The position numbers and the translations under genes are program-made. A stretch of DNA of 60,555 nt, the filler included, from Sphacelaria rigidula (Eukaryota), in the NCBI GenBank assembly GCA_964200075.2. It is 4 parts of 4 records of this genome, joined end to end, with 100 filler letters (N's around TTAATTAATTAA, not from the genome) between each part and the next. Parts side by side here need not be neighbours in the genome. Positions count along the whole stretch, not along the records: positions 15,167 to 30,232 come from CAXNAA020001925.1; positions 30,333 to 45,396 come from CAXNAA020001926.1; 2 more parts are not named here. The stretch is one strand, 5' to 3'. Below the pieces are notes generated by a model. The model did no database searches. It saw nothing but the letters and a program-made list of their open reading frames with translations, and was not told the origin of the DNA. This document shows positions 25,801 to 36,600 of the stretch, one piece after another (within the stretch, counting starts at the first letter, position 1; each line of letters opens with the position of its first letter).

Positions 25801-27906
25801 CTTTTCCTTCGACACAAACCTTTGCGCATCACAGTGCATCACGTTCCGGCACCAAAGACGGAAAAGAGTTCATTCAGGGTTAAAATTGGCCTATCCCCGG
25901 ATTTTCGGAACAAATTTGGGCATTCTTCTCAGTGTTTGGTGACGCCGAACTCGACCAAAACGTTTGTAGAGCTCTATACTTTCCGTTTGCTTAGAGCTAC
26001 CCAACCAAATGGAATCATTTTCGATAAAATTCTCGCAGAAGTTGATGGTCGACGGATGTAACTGAGTTACAATGAGACACGTTTGCTGCCCCCCCCCCAT
26101 CCCCACCCCCGCACAAAATTTCCACCAAAATCGACAATGGCAACGAGAACGGCGGACGCAGCTCGCAGACAGTAGCGAACACTAAACAGAGCAAAACAAG
26201 CAACGAAAACTTCGCCAAATCTTTCTCGGCGACGACCTTCCACGCCTTGGTCCCTCGCAGAGTAGCACCTACGGCGAAGATATCCACGAGTGGCGTGTCT
26301 AGGAGGGGAGAGGGGAGGCGGGGGTACTACGTGATACTAGCAGTACGCACAGTACTGGCACCACCTCTAGTGACGGTATAGGCAGTACCTCTATAAAGAG
26401 TAAGTGCAATAAACAGAACACGCTGAGGCAGCAATGAGCAAACAAACGCCAAGTGCTGGGTAGGCTAAGAATGCGGCGAGAATAATAACGTTTCAAACGC
26501 AGCATAATTGAGAGTAGACAAACACCATTCCACAGCAACAGCCTCTGGCTCTAGCTCTAGACACATGCGTTGTTTCACATCAACGGAATGGTTCTTAACA
26601 GACTGTAAAGCACCTGTCTCGTCAGTGTTCCATGTGTGCTCGGTCACTGACTTCTCTTTGTCCACGTAGTCCTGCCAGGCCGCGTAGAACTCCCGCACTC
26701 GATCTTCTTGGTCAGCCACCACCCTGTCGGCCTCATAGATGCGGCTGCTGCGCTCCGCTAGCCGCGGGTGCCTCCGAAGGAACAAGTCGAGCCATTTTCG
26801 ACCTGGGCTTACTGCCGGGTCTCATGATACCGGCCGGTTGTCGCTGCAGAGTGCCATGATCGCCTGTTCGAGTTAACTCTATTCAGGCCCAGTTGACAAG
26901 CTGCGGCAAATTTCAGCATATCTGAGATGGAATTTTCCTCCGCCGGCGACAGTACTGTACCCGGGCCAACCCTGCCAGCTATGCTCACGCTACATCTGAC
27001 ACGCTTCTGCAGCGAACCAACGTAGGTGTCAAAGGTCTTTGCAGCAGCACGGAGGGTCATGCGACCGCTGCGCACCGCTTCTACCGCCTCTGCTGCACAT
27101 TCTGGGTCCACCCTTGCTCTCTGCATGCTTAGCAGCCGATCGACCAAAAAGCTGATGTTGGAGAAACACACGCGCGCACTTATGCGCCGTGCTGTGGGAT
27201 AATGTTTTTCTGATGCTGTAGGCACGTGAAGTAGCTCAAAAGAAGCGTCGTGCTCGTGTGCAGACGCAGCAAAAACCAGAATAGAGAACGAACGATATTT
27301 CGAAGAGTTATGGAAGATTAAAAAAACTTAAATCTTCATTGGTACTGTACTTTGATAGGAACATTCATCTCTAGTAATTATTATCATGATTATATTATCC
27401 TAATCTCGGAGAGTAATGACATTGACGTCCCCGAACAGGGTACGGGTCTGGTGTGAGAAAACATATACCGCCCCTGCTCTGCTGGTTCCACTGCGTCTTG
27501 CCCCCCCCCTCCCACCGTGTCCCGACAATAATTGCGCGTCCTCTCCTTCGTGTTCCGGCGTGTGCGTGCGCTGTTAGAGCATGTGGAACGACGGGATGGT
27601 AGCCGAAGCGAACCTCGCGAGGATGGGGCTGCGAGCAAACGCCAACAGCAATGTCATCAGACCGGAGGCGAAGGCCTTGGCGGAGGCGACAGGTCGACTC
27701 CCTCAAGGCGATGAAGTCGCACGATTGTTCGGTAGGTGGCCGCTCCCTCCCTCCGCCCCTTTTTTTTCAAGTAGATTTTTCCGTTACGAATTTCCGAGCC
27801 ACTCAACAACATTCGAGTTTTTATTGTTGTGATATCTGAGCATGTATCTTATCATTGAATTTCCCCGCTCGACCGCCCGCCCAGTCGATCACCCGACTGG
27901 GTCATG

Positions 27907-27938
<32 letters not shown>

Positions 27939-30193
27939 CGTATTGCATCACTCCTGGTACATATTTTTTTTGAGCGATTGAGCTTTGAACTCTCGCGTCA
28001 CAGTCAGTCACCATGTTATGAGAGGTCCTGCTATCTTGAGTTCGAACGGGTACAATGTTTTTTTGTTCTTGCCAGCACCGTCGGTGATTCGCGAAAAAAA
28101 GCTTGTAGCTTTTGGCTTATCAGCGAAAACCATGTACTATCAACAGTGCTCCTTTTTTGTTCTTGTGCTTCTCGTATCTCGTGCCCTTCATTTCCCTGTC
28201 GGTACAGAAACGAACCGCATGCTATCGCGATTCAGTTCGATGTCGGATGGAGGATTGGGCTGGATCACGGCAGAAGTCCGTCGCCGAATCCGATTGGTTT
28301 AAGTAGCGGTACATTCACCATTGCGAGGACATGAGTTCGTGTTATTTCCTTCCTTATTGTTTCCATCGGCAGTAGCGTTTTCCGATGGCAACCCAAACTT
28401 AAATCAAACACTTGTGCGCTCTACTCTCTCCGATACGTGCCGCGGCGAAAATGTTTTTTGTCGCAGATGTCCCCGACACCGACGACCTCAAAGTGCTCGA
28501 TCGCAACGTCCGGCGACGGCCTATGTCGGACGACGACCAACAATATACGGTCAAGCTTATGGAACGCTTTGGGCTCGATCACGAGGTGCATGCGAATGTA
28601 GTCAAAGGCACTATTTTTGTTGTAGCTGTGTGCTCCTCGCATTTCGCGGTTGTTCATCTTCTGTGTTTTTGGTAGCTTCAGCACCGACGCAGCACTTTCG
28701 TACTGCAGCAGCCACTCGAGCTGTATTTTGTCACTTATATATATATATTTATATATACACACGTTCCCCTCTGTGCCTCGGTTTCATTCTTCGCTGTATT
28801 GTCATCATTGTTGTTGTTGTTACTTCCTCTGTACCATAAGTAATAGTGCTCAAGGTGCTTTACTTCGATTTGTTGAAAAGATAGAATCGTATAGATGCCC
28901 ATAGAGAAAAATACATCCGAGCCATACGGAGAATTTTTAAGTTCAAACTTGCGAATGGGTCGGGAGGATCTTGTTCAGCTGGGGGTATCGGCGCAGCAGA
29001 TGGCAAGAACGTTTGAAATGGCGGTGATATACGATCAGGAGTCCTTCACCCAGAGGCCTCAGACTATTGAGAATCACCTTCCAGTCGTGGCAAGGCCGAC
29101 AAATGTTTTTTTTCAGCGTTTTTACCCCCCGAAGTATGGGTGAAATACCGCCATTTTCGGGCCGACTGTTTCTTTTGGCCGTTGATCTATGCAGGCTTAT
29201 GCGCGAACGAAATATAACGGAGAAGATTCAAAGAAAAAAAACGCCAAAGATTTCAGTGAAAGTATCGCCTAGGCATCGGGCGCAGTCAAGAAGCTTTGTG
29301 AACCTGAATGACTTGACTCGTGGCACAGTCGAAGTATTGTTATTGTCATGTTATTTTGTCGTTATCATCTTTATTTTTTGTTTTATTTGTGTCTTTATTT
29401 ATTCATGTATCTTTTATTTATCCACTTATCTATTCATTCATCCATTTATTTCTCCATTTCTGCATTTCTCTATTAATTATTTTCTTTCTCTCCTTCTTTC
29501 TTTTTTAACTCGATCGGTCTGGTCGTCATAACTTGTGTCATCTTGGGAAGAGATGGATCTAAAAATGACTGATTGAGTGATCGCTACGGCGTGTCGTGAG
29601 ACTGCGTGATGACTTTCTCATCAAAAATTGCCGGCGTGGGTGTTCGTGAGTGCAGTGAGCTTGTCGGCAAACCCGTCTTGCTCGGGTACTGCGTTTTGTC
29701 TAAAGTGCAAACGGCCGAGCGGTGCTGTGGTAGTTTTGTTTGAGAATTTGTCTGTCCCCGCGTCTTACTGTCAGCGTTGACACGTTTTGCTTGAGCCCGT
29801 GGGTACAAAGCATATGTGAGGTGCTCAGATGTGCATGTGCGTAGTGTGTAGTGTGTAGTGTGTAGATTCGTTCAACACCTAATATCCGGGACGCTGCGTG
29901 CGTCTACGAATAACATGTCGCTGCGTCATGGTTTGTTTGGCGTCCTTCTATTTCCCAATGTGTGTGTGTGGGTGGTTGTGGGTGGGTGGGTGGGTGTGCA
30001 CGCACAGGCGATGGCTCGGGACTTGAAGACCAACTATAAGCAGCTCACGCTCGGGCAGGTCCGGCGGATGTGTACAACTCTGTTATCCCTAGGAGATGAC
30101 CAACGGGTCGTGGATATTCCGAAACGCGTACTGTTGGGGGCGGAAGCGGAGGCGGCGGAGACGGCGACAGGGAGCGGAGATGTGGTACGACCG
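16866..30193 (+). CDS. NOP16: Ribosome biogenesis protein Nop16 (one small exon and the 3' end not located)
   Basis: Exons 16866-16933 (MAKNAAKKRRRGISKVTKKSKN, GTAAGT donor), 27578-27731 (MWNDGMVAEANLARMGLRANAN), 28467-28585 (MSDDDQQYTVKLMERFGLDHE) and 30008-30193 (AMARDLKTNYKQLTLGQVRR). These match the Nop16 W..(N)L..LGL..N and G.D..AMARD.K.N..Q.T..Q motifs. Exon 1 is less certain. Confidence 0.8.
17530..18325. repeat. Hierarchical minisatellite (~175-230 bp higher-order units built from ~43 bp CGATACCCTGGGTAC subunits)
   Basis: AAATACAG..CCCAGTGTAT..CCCTATTCTA recurs at ~17692, ~17868 and ~18098. (C)GATACCCTG recurs many times. Confidence 0.75.
19671..19750 (+). mobile_element. Retroposon (SINE/LINE) 3' end with (TAA)n tail, copy 1
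   Basis: GAGTCCACGTCTGTCACCACGGCTTCGCGACACGGGAGTAATGTGCGGAAATAATAA; homologues on the minus strand at ~32064, ~34605 and ~59562. Confidence 0.7.
20143..20426 (+). mobile_element. Left end of a hAT-type non-autonomous element with a ~40-bp subterminal repeat array
   Basis: Starts CAAGGGCAGGTCG, the same TIR as 47027-47238, then several copies of GGGTAGATTGGGTACGGCCTCAAATACTCTACCCAAA. Confidence 0.65.
20427..20683. mobile_element. 257-bp MITE with 8-bp target duplication (hAT/P-type), nested in the preceding element
   Basis: 29-bp TIR CACACGT(C/G)GGACAG(C/G)TCATGAGCTACCTG, 27/29 matching. Flanks AAATATTG / AAATATGG. Confidence 0.8.
21410..21675 (+). mobile_element. Second left end of the CAAGGGCAGGTCG hAT-type family with the ~40-bp array
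   Basis: CGAGGGCAAGTCGATTAGGGTACGTACTTGTGAATACTCGGGTAAA parallels 20143-20190 and is followed by the same repeat unit. Confidence 0.6.
22460..22955. mobile_element. 496-bp hAT-type MITE with internal short repeats
   Basis: 22-bp TIR CAAGGT(C/T)GT(G/A)TTCTGTAGGGTA, 20/22 matching. 8-bp flanks CAGTCTTG / CATTCTTG. Internal TTCTGT(A/G)AG and CATACCC repeats. Confidence 0.85.
23731..24252 (+). repeat. ~69-bp direct repeat pair
   Basis: GCTGTCATGTACTTGGTCGGGCTCT...TTATGTGTTGACTGCGGTGCTGTCGC at 23731-23799 and 24184-24252. Confidence 0.85.
25103..25970. repeat. Tandem repeat, ~340-bp unit, ~2.5 copies
   Basis: ATCTGGGACGTTT..GACCTTCTCCTTTGGT restarts at ~25103, ~25445 and ~25785. CCCATTGAAATACGTTTT and GACGCACGTTGAG.GGTGCCCCCTA occur in the first two units. 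Confidence 0.85.
26612..27126 (-). pseudogene. pogo/Fot1-like DDE transposase pseudogene (HTH-psq, CENP-B HTH, first catalytic Asp)
   Basis: AVEAVRSGRMTLRAAAKTF...SLQKR...GPGTVLSPAEE, then a frameshift near 26875, LEQAIMALCSDNRPVS*DPAVSPGRKWLDLFLRRHPRL and WNTDETG. Candidate end GGTACTG-TA at 27341-27349. Confidence 0.85.
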
Positions 30194-30232
30194 GTACGTG
30201 CGCCGGGGGCCGGAGAGAGGGAGAGGGGGGGG

Positions 30233-30332
30233 NNNNNNNNNNNNNNNNNNNNNNNNNNNNNNNNNNNNNNNNNNNNTTAATTAATTAANNNNNNNNNNNN
30301 NNNNNNNNNNNNNNNNNNNNNNNNNNNNNNNN
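30233..30332. other. Artificial contig linker
   Basis: N44-TTAATTAATTAA-N44. Confidence 0.98.
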
Positions 30333-30394
30333 GAACCCCACAACTCAACCATCAGAAGGTTACGAGGTTACCAACTGAGCCACCGGGGCGACCG
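30333..30394 (-). mobile_element. tRNA-derived SINE head, truncated by the contig end
   Basis: Reverse complement is CGGTCGCCCCGGTGGCTCAGTTGGTAACCTCGTAACCTTCTGATGGTTGAGTTGTGGGGTTC, one mismatch to 45326-45387. Confidence 0.7.
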
Positions 30395-30631
30395 GCAACT
30401 GTGCAATCACAAAAACATGGCCATTGCGCAACCTACCTTGTGAAATCACGTGGCGGTGACCGACTGTTCATCATTTTGGGCGCCATTTTCTGTCTCCCAT
30501 TTCGAGCCCGTGAATGCCAATGCATCCCCAACTGCAAACCTATATGACCATGTACGAGTTACGCTGAAGTGACCAACGGGATAATGTATGAACAGGGTAT
30601 TCATACGCATATACAACAAAAAAATACTCAC

Positions 30632-33600
30632 TGCCTTTCTGGAAAACAGCCTTTTTTTTCTCAGGCCATTGTGGCTCAAGTGGCCCAACCCCCAGTCCTG
30701 TAGCACATCCCATGCGAAGGTGTAGAGAGTGCTCACGACATATAGCACGAACCACGCAACCTGCACGCACATGACGCGACCCAAGCACAGGAATACAGCG
30801 GGCACTGAGAAAAAGGGAGTAGTACAGGCACACACTCGCCTTTCAGGCAGGAGAAAACTATTGGCGCATGGAGTCTGCGCATGATGTCCAGGGTACCGCG
30901 TTTTGGAGCGCCCTTCGTTAACGCGACGCTCCAGTTTATCCAGGTGTGGGTTGGAACAGGGGATCAGTTATCGTGTATTTATAATGCGATCCGCTTGACG
31001 CCATTTTTTTTTTCTTTTTTATGTTCACACCATCAGCGAGTCGGAAATTAGAGCAAAGGCCATGACGTGAGCGAGCATGGTCCGCTAAATACGTGGTGAC
31101 TGACGGCGCAAACATGCATCAAAACTACAGCGAGAAAATACAAAGCCTGAAAACACGATGCGAAACAAATCGTCATTTTCATAGGAATTTTGCCGAATAG
31201 ATTCAAAAATATTTGCAAAAACAACTCACGCGTGAGGTGGATGTATCCCCTCGGTGAGTCCTTGCCTTTACTGTACCTTGATGGCCGATGTACTCGACTC
31301 TTGCGGCGTAAAGACGGCGAACAGAGCCACCGTGAAGGCCATGGAGTACTTGAGGCAGTTAGCCAGGTGGGGGAACCGCTTCTGGGTGTCATGATACCTG
31401 ACGTGTTGTGTCAATGTCATCGTAAATGACAATACATCATGGTTTTTTTCGTGATCATTATGGATTGATCGACCGATTGACTGTAGCACATCAACTGATC
31501 CTACAAGATTCCAGCCTTGCCGTGGTGACATGATAGACGTACCCGAGATTAAACAAAAAGGAAACACTTACTGAAAAAAAGTAAAGCAAGCACAAAGATG
31601 GAACACACACACAGACTAGACTGCCCTGTCCTCCGCTAAAAACAGCATAAAGTAAGAAAAGGCCGACCTCTGTAAGATAGCTCCAGGTGAAATATGATCT
31701 TGTGAAAGAGCTCAAGCATTCATGCTCAATCGAGAAAGAACCAAGAAGCCGTGAGGACAGACTGCGGCTCAGGCATCTTGGCCACAGTATTCCGGGTATG
31801 AAATGTCACTCATGAACCCTACGGAAGCGAGGCACCAAAGTGCGACTTGCACACACTGGGAGGATGAACACACACAAAGAGAGAGAGATGAGGAGGGAAA
31901 TAGAGAGCAGAGAGGAAGGAGACTACAGCAGTGATGATTCCCAGGGACACAGTACAGTAGAGCACGTGTTTACCAGTCACAATGTTGTCCGAATTTTCAG
32001 ATCCGCGTTCATCGGGTTCGTGAAGGTGCGGCGATCGCAATATTTTTGGCTGCACATGGTAACTTATTATTGTTTTTGTTATGATTATGATTATGATTAT
32101 GATTATGATTATGATTATGACGATAATTATTATTTCCGCACACGAGTCAACAATCTGCAAATGATCAAGAAACCTACGCCAGGGACAGAAAACCAAACGA
32201 GCCGGGAGAAAAAACGGATACACTTCGAAATGATCACATGGTACCGATAGTTCTAGCCGGAGCTAAGGAGAGTCGCCAAAACCTAATGCGCTGTACATAT
32301 GAAACGGTCACGTACAGGTATGATGACGCAATACTTGGGAACTACCGGAGTGACAAGACCGAAAGGAAGGATTTATTCAGAAAAATTGATCTGACACACT
32401 TAAAAAGCGTGGTGGAAAAATGGACGTGTGACGTGCGCTTGAGGCTACCCACCTATTTATCCAGACCATTCCCTTTACAAATCATGCGGCTCATACACAA
32501 GACCACCGCGAGCTTTATACTCGTCAGAAGTGAGCGAGGAATGGCACCCATTCGAGGCAAGGATTCAACACTGCTCGTTGGAGACGAAGAATAAAATATA
32601 TCCGCTGGAGACAGGCAAGGAATTATATCCGATCCAAGCCGAGCAAGGAATAATATTGTACCTTTTCTAGGCAAGAGAGGCGGGGTGCCACACACTACTT
32701 CTACTATTTATCTCAGTGCGGTACCTTCTCAAGCACTGCTGGAACCGAAGCCACAGCGGCAGCACGCACAGGACGGGAATCACGAAGTCCCGGAAGGCCG
32801 AAGACGCCTGAAAAGACAAGCGACGTGCATCAACAGATATCGGAACATAGTAGACAGCGTGCAAGAACGGAGAAGTGGATGGTCACCCCCACGTAACGAG
32901 GGGAGAGTAGCTTACAGATAAGGGCGTATTCGTCATGCTGCAGGACACAGCTGGACAAGTCATGGCTGTCTCAGGAGGTGTTGCGATGGAGGTGTACGAG
33001 ACGAAGATAACTACTGTGGACGAAGATAACTACTGCGGTCCCACTACAGTGCATTCAGATTGACGTGTCACAAGTCCGATCCACTCTCGTGTTTTCGAGC
33101 GGTTGAACTGCAGTACGCTCAACACCGTGCGGAGTCTCGCCATATCGCGATGATACCGGACTCGCGACCCAGAGCACTTTAGCATGAATCCCGCTGTACC
33201 AGAGTGCGCCCCCAAGCTTTTTCGATACCCCCTGCCCCAAAGAGTAAAAATGGTTTGATGCTGTGTCAGATATTTGACGTGTTCGTCGCGTGCAGAACAC
33301 AGGGAGCAAGCGGGGGCGTACGACGGCTACACACGCCATGTGCTGGACGTGCAAAATAAAAGCAGAAAGGGAGGGACGGGGGGGGGGGGGGGGAAGGAAA
33401 ACGCCCCCACGTTGTCCTCCCTCCTGTGGGGCCAGAACGGGAGAGCCCACGTATAAACNNNNNNNNNNGGGGAGGGTGGAAAAAGAAGCGGGAGGGGGGG
33501 GGGGGGGGGGGGGGGGGGAACGAGCACGTCAGCACTTGCTTACGCCGTCAGGGTGTCCACGGAGGATACCACCCGGGCGATAATCAAAGCTGGCCTTGAG

Positions 33601-36600
33601 TTTCCGCATGCACAGACAAGGTCCGGCACTGCCGTAAAATCCCACTCACAAAAGATTTCGACAAAACATATATACCCAACGACATAACCTTTGTCAGTGG
33701 TGGCCGCCACACTTTACGAGAAAATTCAGGTTGAGCTCCTCGTCGCCCGGAGGAGCATACTCCGTAACTCCGTAACTGACTGTACGCTCTTGAACTGCGA
33801 CGTTATTCGCGGTAGACAAATCTTTGAAAGCGTCAGTGTGTGGTCAAAGATCCGGCACCGAAGAGGGTAGATGTGCAGTGAAACAAGTGTTGAACACACT
33901 TGCCGTGAAGATGAGGCGAAGAGGTGTAAAAAGGCATTGTGCCGCGAGCTTGGAAAAATGAAGACATCGTCAACACTGTGCAGTACCATGCGGCCTCTCT
34001 GCTCGACGGCACAAGCGACGAACAGAAACGAGCGTGCCTTGTATACACGCCGTACGATACGCACGTACGCATAGAGAGTGAGCGTGTAAAAAATATACCC
34101 TCGTGGGTATTCTGCATGCTGTAGTGGTGTAATGTACTGTGCACGGAGCTAGTGGGCTGTCGATACGCTGTACTGTCAGCCCTTTCATGTATCTGAAATG
34201 CACTGACGCAACATACATGGTATTCCAAGTTAGTAGACAATGGCCCATAAAATGCAGTCACGTCTGACGAAATTAAAGCCTAGATAGAGCAATGTCTACC
34301 TACACCAAGAGAAACGATTACTTGAAAACGGATGATGCATTCAAGAGCCATAGCAAAAACAATGTGAACTTGATAAAGAGATGATGCAGAATCGGATAGG
34401 CAATACGCAGGTCAAGTGGTCCTTGTCAACTATACAGCCCCAGACGGCAGCCGAATGGCTTTCACTTGCGTTTACTCACGTACCTAATGTGCCGAACACT
34501 GTTTGGAGCCCAGGCTTACCCCCTACTTCTTAGCCTCACCCGAGACATGAATACCTGGTATTGCTATTGTTTTTGCTACTGTCATTGATCTTATCACATA
34601 TTCATTATAAATTATTATTGTTATTATGACGATTATGATTGTGATCGTGACTATATCCGCACATTAGCTTCATCTCTCGAAAGCGTGGTCACAGACGCAG
34701 GCTCGCCCCCAGAACCTTCACTACTCATGGAATTAGTATGGGGGAAAATGAACAACCCCATTCTTAGATCCAATTTCTTTCCTGAACCGAACCGTTCAGC
34801 CTGTCCTTGTACCCGGGTGATTCTTATGGCGCACCAGCTCTGTACCTAGGGAGGGGATATAGCAAACATCTGGAACCTATTCGCTGCAAAATCATGTGCG
34901 ATTCCTTCAAAAACCTGCCAAGCGCCGCCGTGGTCATGGTAGTCGTTGAGATCCTTCAAAAAGTCCCCAGACAAGAAGAAGCATGCCGCGTACGCCAAAT
35001 CTTGTGTAGTCTTGACCGAACTGGTCATCACGTCCGCCACGTACGTCGCGAAGAAGTCAACCTGTACATACACGTATACACGTATACGTACGCATCGTAT
35101 GCATATCCATATCCATTCGCACAGCAGCAGCAAGCAAGCGCGCGTACCGGGGGGCGGGAGGAGGGGCCGCCTTTCCGGAATAGCATCGTCATTTGATTCA
35201 TTGACTCGATTGATCGATTGATTGTCGCACTTTAACTGACCCCCCAGGGGTCCAACCGTGGTGTCATGATAGTCGTACCCAACAAAAACGAAAATGAAAC
35301 ACGCTCTGAGGGAAAAAAAAAAGAAGAAACACACACAAAAAAAACACACACACAAGAAAAAGAAAGAGGGGTCGAACAGAACGACATAGCAGACTAAGTC
35401 GTGACCGAAAAAAAAGTAGTAAAAAAGTCAACACGAGCAACGCACAGAAAGAAAAGACCGACCTGAAACAAGAAAAAGGAAAAGAACTGTCGCACACTGA
35501 CATTGATTCATCTGCGACGAATCTACCGGTGGTCATGAGATAGGAGGTACACGTCTCCGAGCTTTGACATATTTTTTTTTCCTGACCCACTGTATGAAGA
35601 AAAAAGATCTCAAGGATGCCGGACAACAAACCAGCAGTCGGGAGAGGAAAACGCGGCCCAGTGTCTGTATGTGGAACTCACCGTTTTCAGGTTACATAGT
35701 CTAGTAGCGTCATGGACAAGAAAACACAAAAAAGTGGAACTTTTGTTTGATATAGAAGCGATCGGGCGAATAAATCATATGACCATCATGTAAGCACGAG
35801 ACACGAGAATTTTTCGGATCTTTACTGCAGGATTATTTCTACACGAAGACAAAGGCACACAAAATCACATGGGCACGTATGGATTCGAAATGATCAGCAC
35901 TTTGCAGTCGAAGGATTCCCTTTCAAGCTTCAACAAAAATACAGGCTGTAAGTCACTTGGTTGAGCAACGGTAGTTCATTCCTATTCCTCGCTTTTTATT
36001 TTCCCTATCAGCTTACCTTGACTAGAGGTGCTGCCAGCACTCTGAAGATTATCTTCCAGAATACCCACGTCTTGCGGAAGGGGTACACGGTCTGAGTACA
36101 ACCGATTGCACACAAGTGCGAAAATAGAGAGAAAAAGAACGACAGCAGGCGACGAACGACAGCAGGTCATCACCCAAAGAAAAAGAAGGGGAAGCACCTA
36201 TCTTCACTTTACCTTGTTCACAACACGTCATCCTGAGCCCGCGCATCGCGCGTCAGAGACTTTCAACCTCAACGCCTCCCCCGAGAGAAAATAGCAGAAA
36301 AAAGAACACCGACGAAAACACAAGTCTTGAAAAGAAGCCTGCGCTTCGGCGCAAAGCGGATAACAGAGGGCACCGGCTACACGTATGCATGTACAGCACT
36401 TCATTCCGTCTTGCTTTCCGTGTGGGAAAGCTTGTGCCCGTGCGCTTACGCAGCTTTCGACGAGGCTCTCGTTTTTCAGGTCGAGACTGTTCTCGTGGCG
36501 TCTGTTTTGATGGCGTGGGACTTGCCCTCTACGTCGACATCGTTACCCTACGAAAACAGTTTAACCGATCGAAACATAGCCAAGCATTTTCTGTCGGAAG

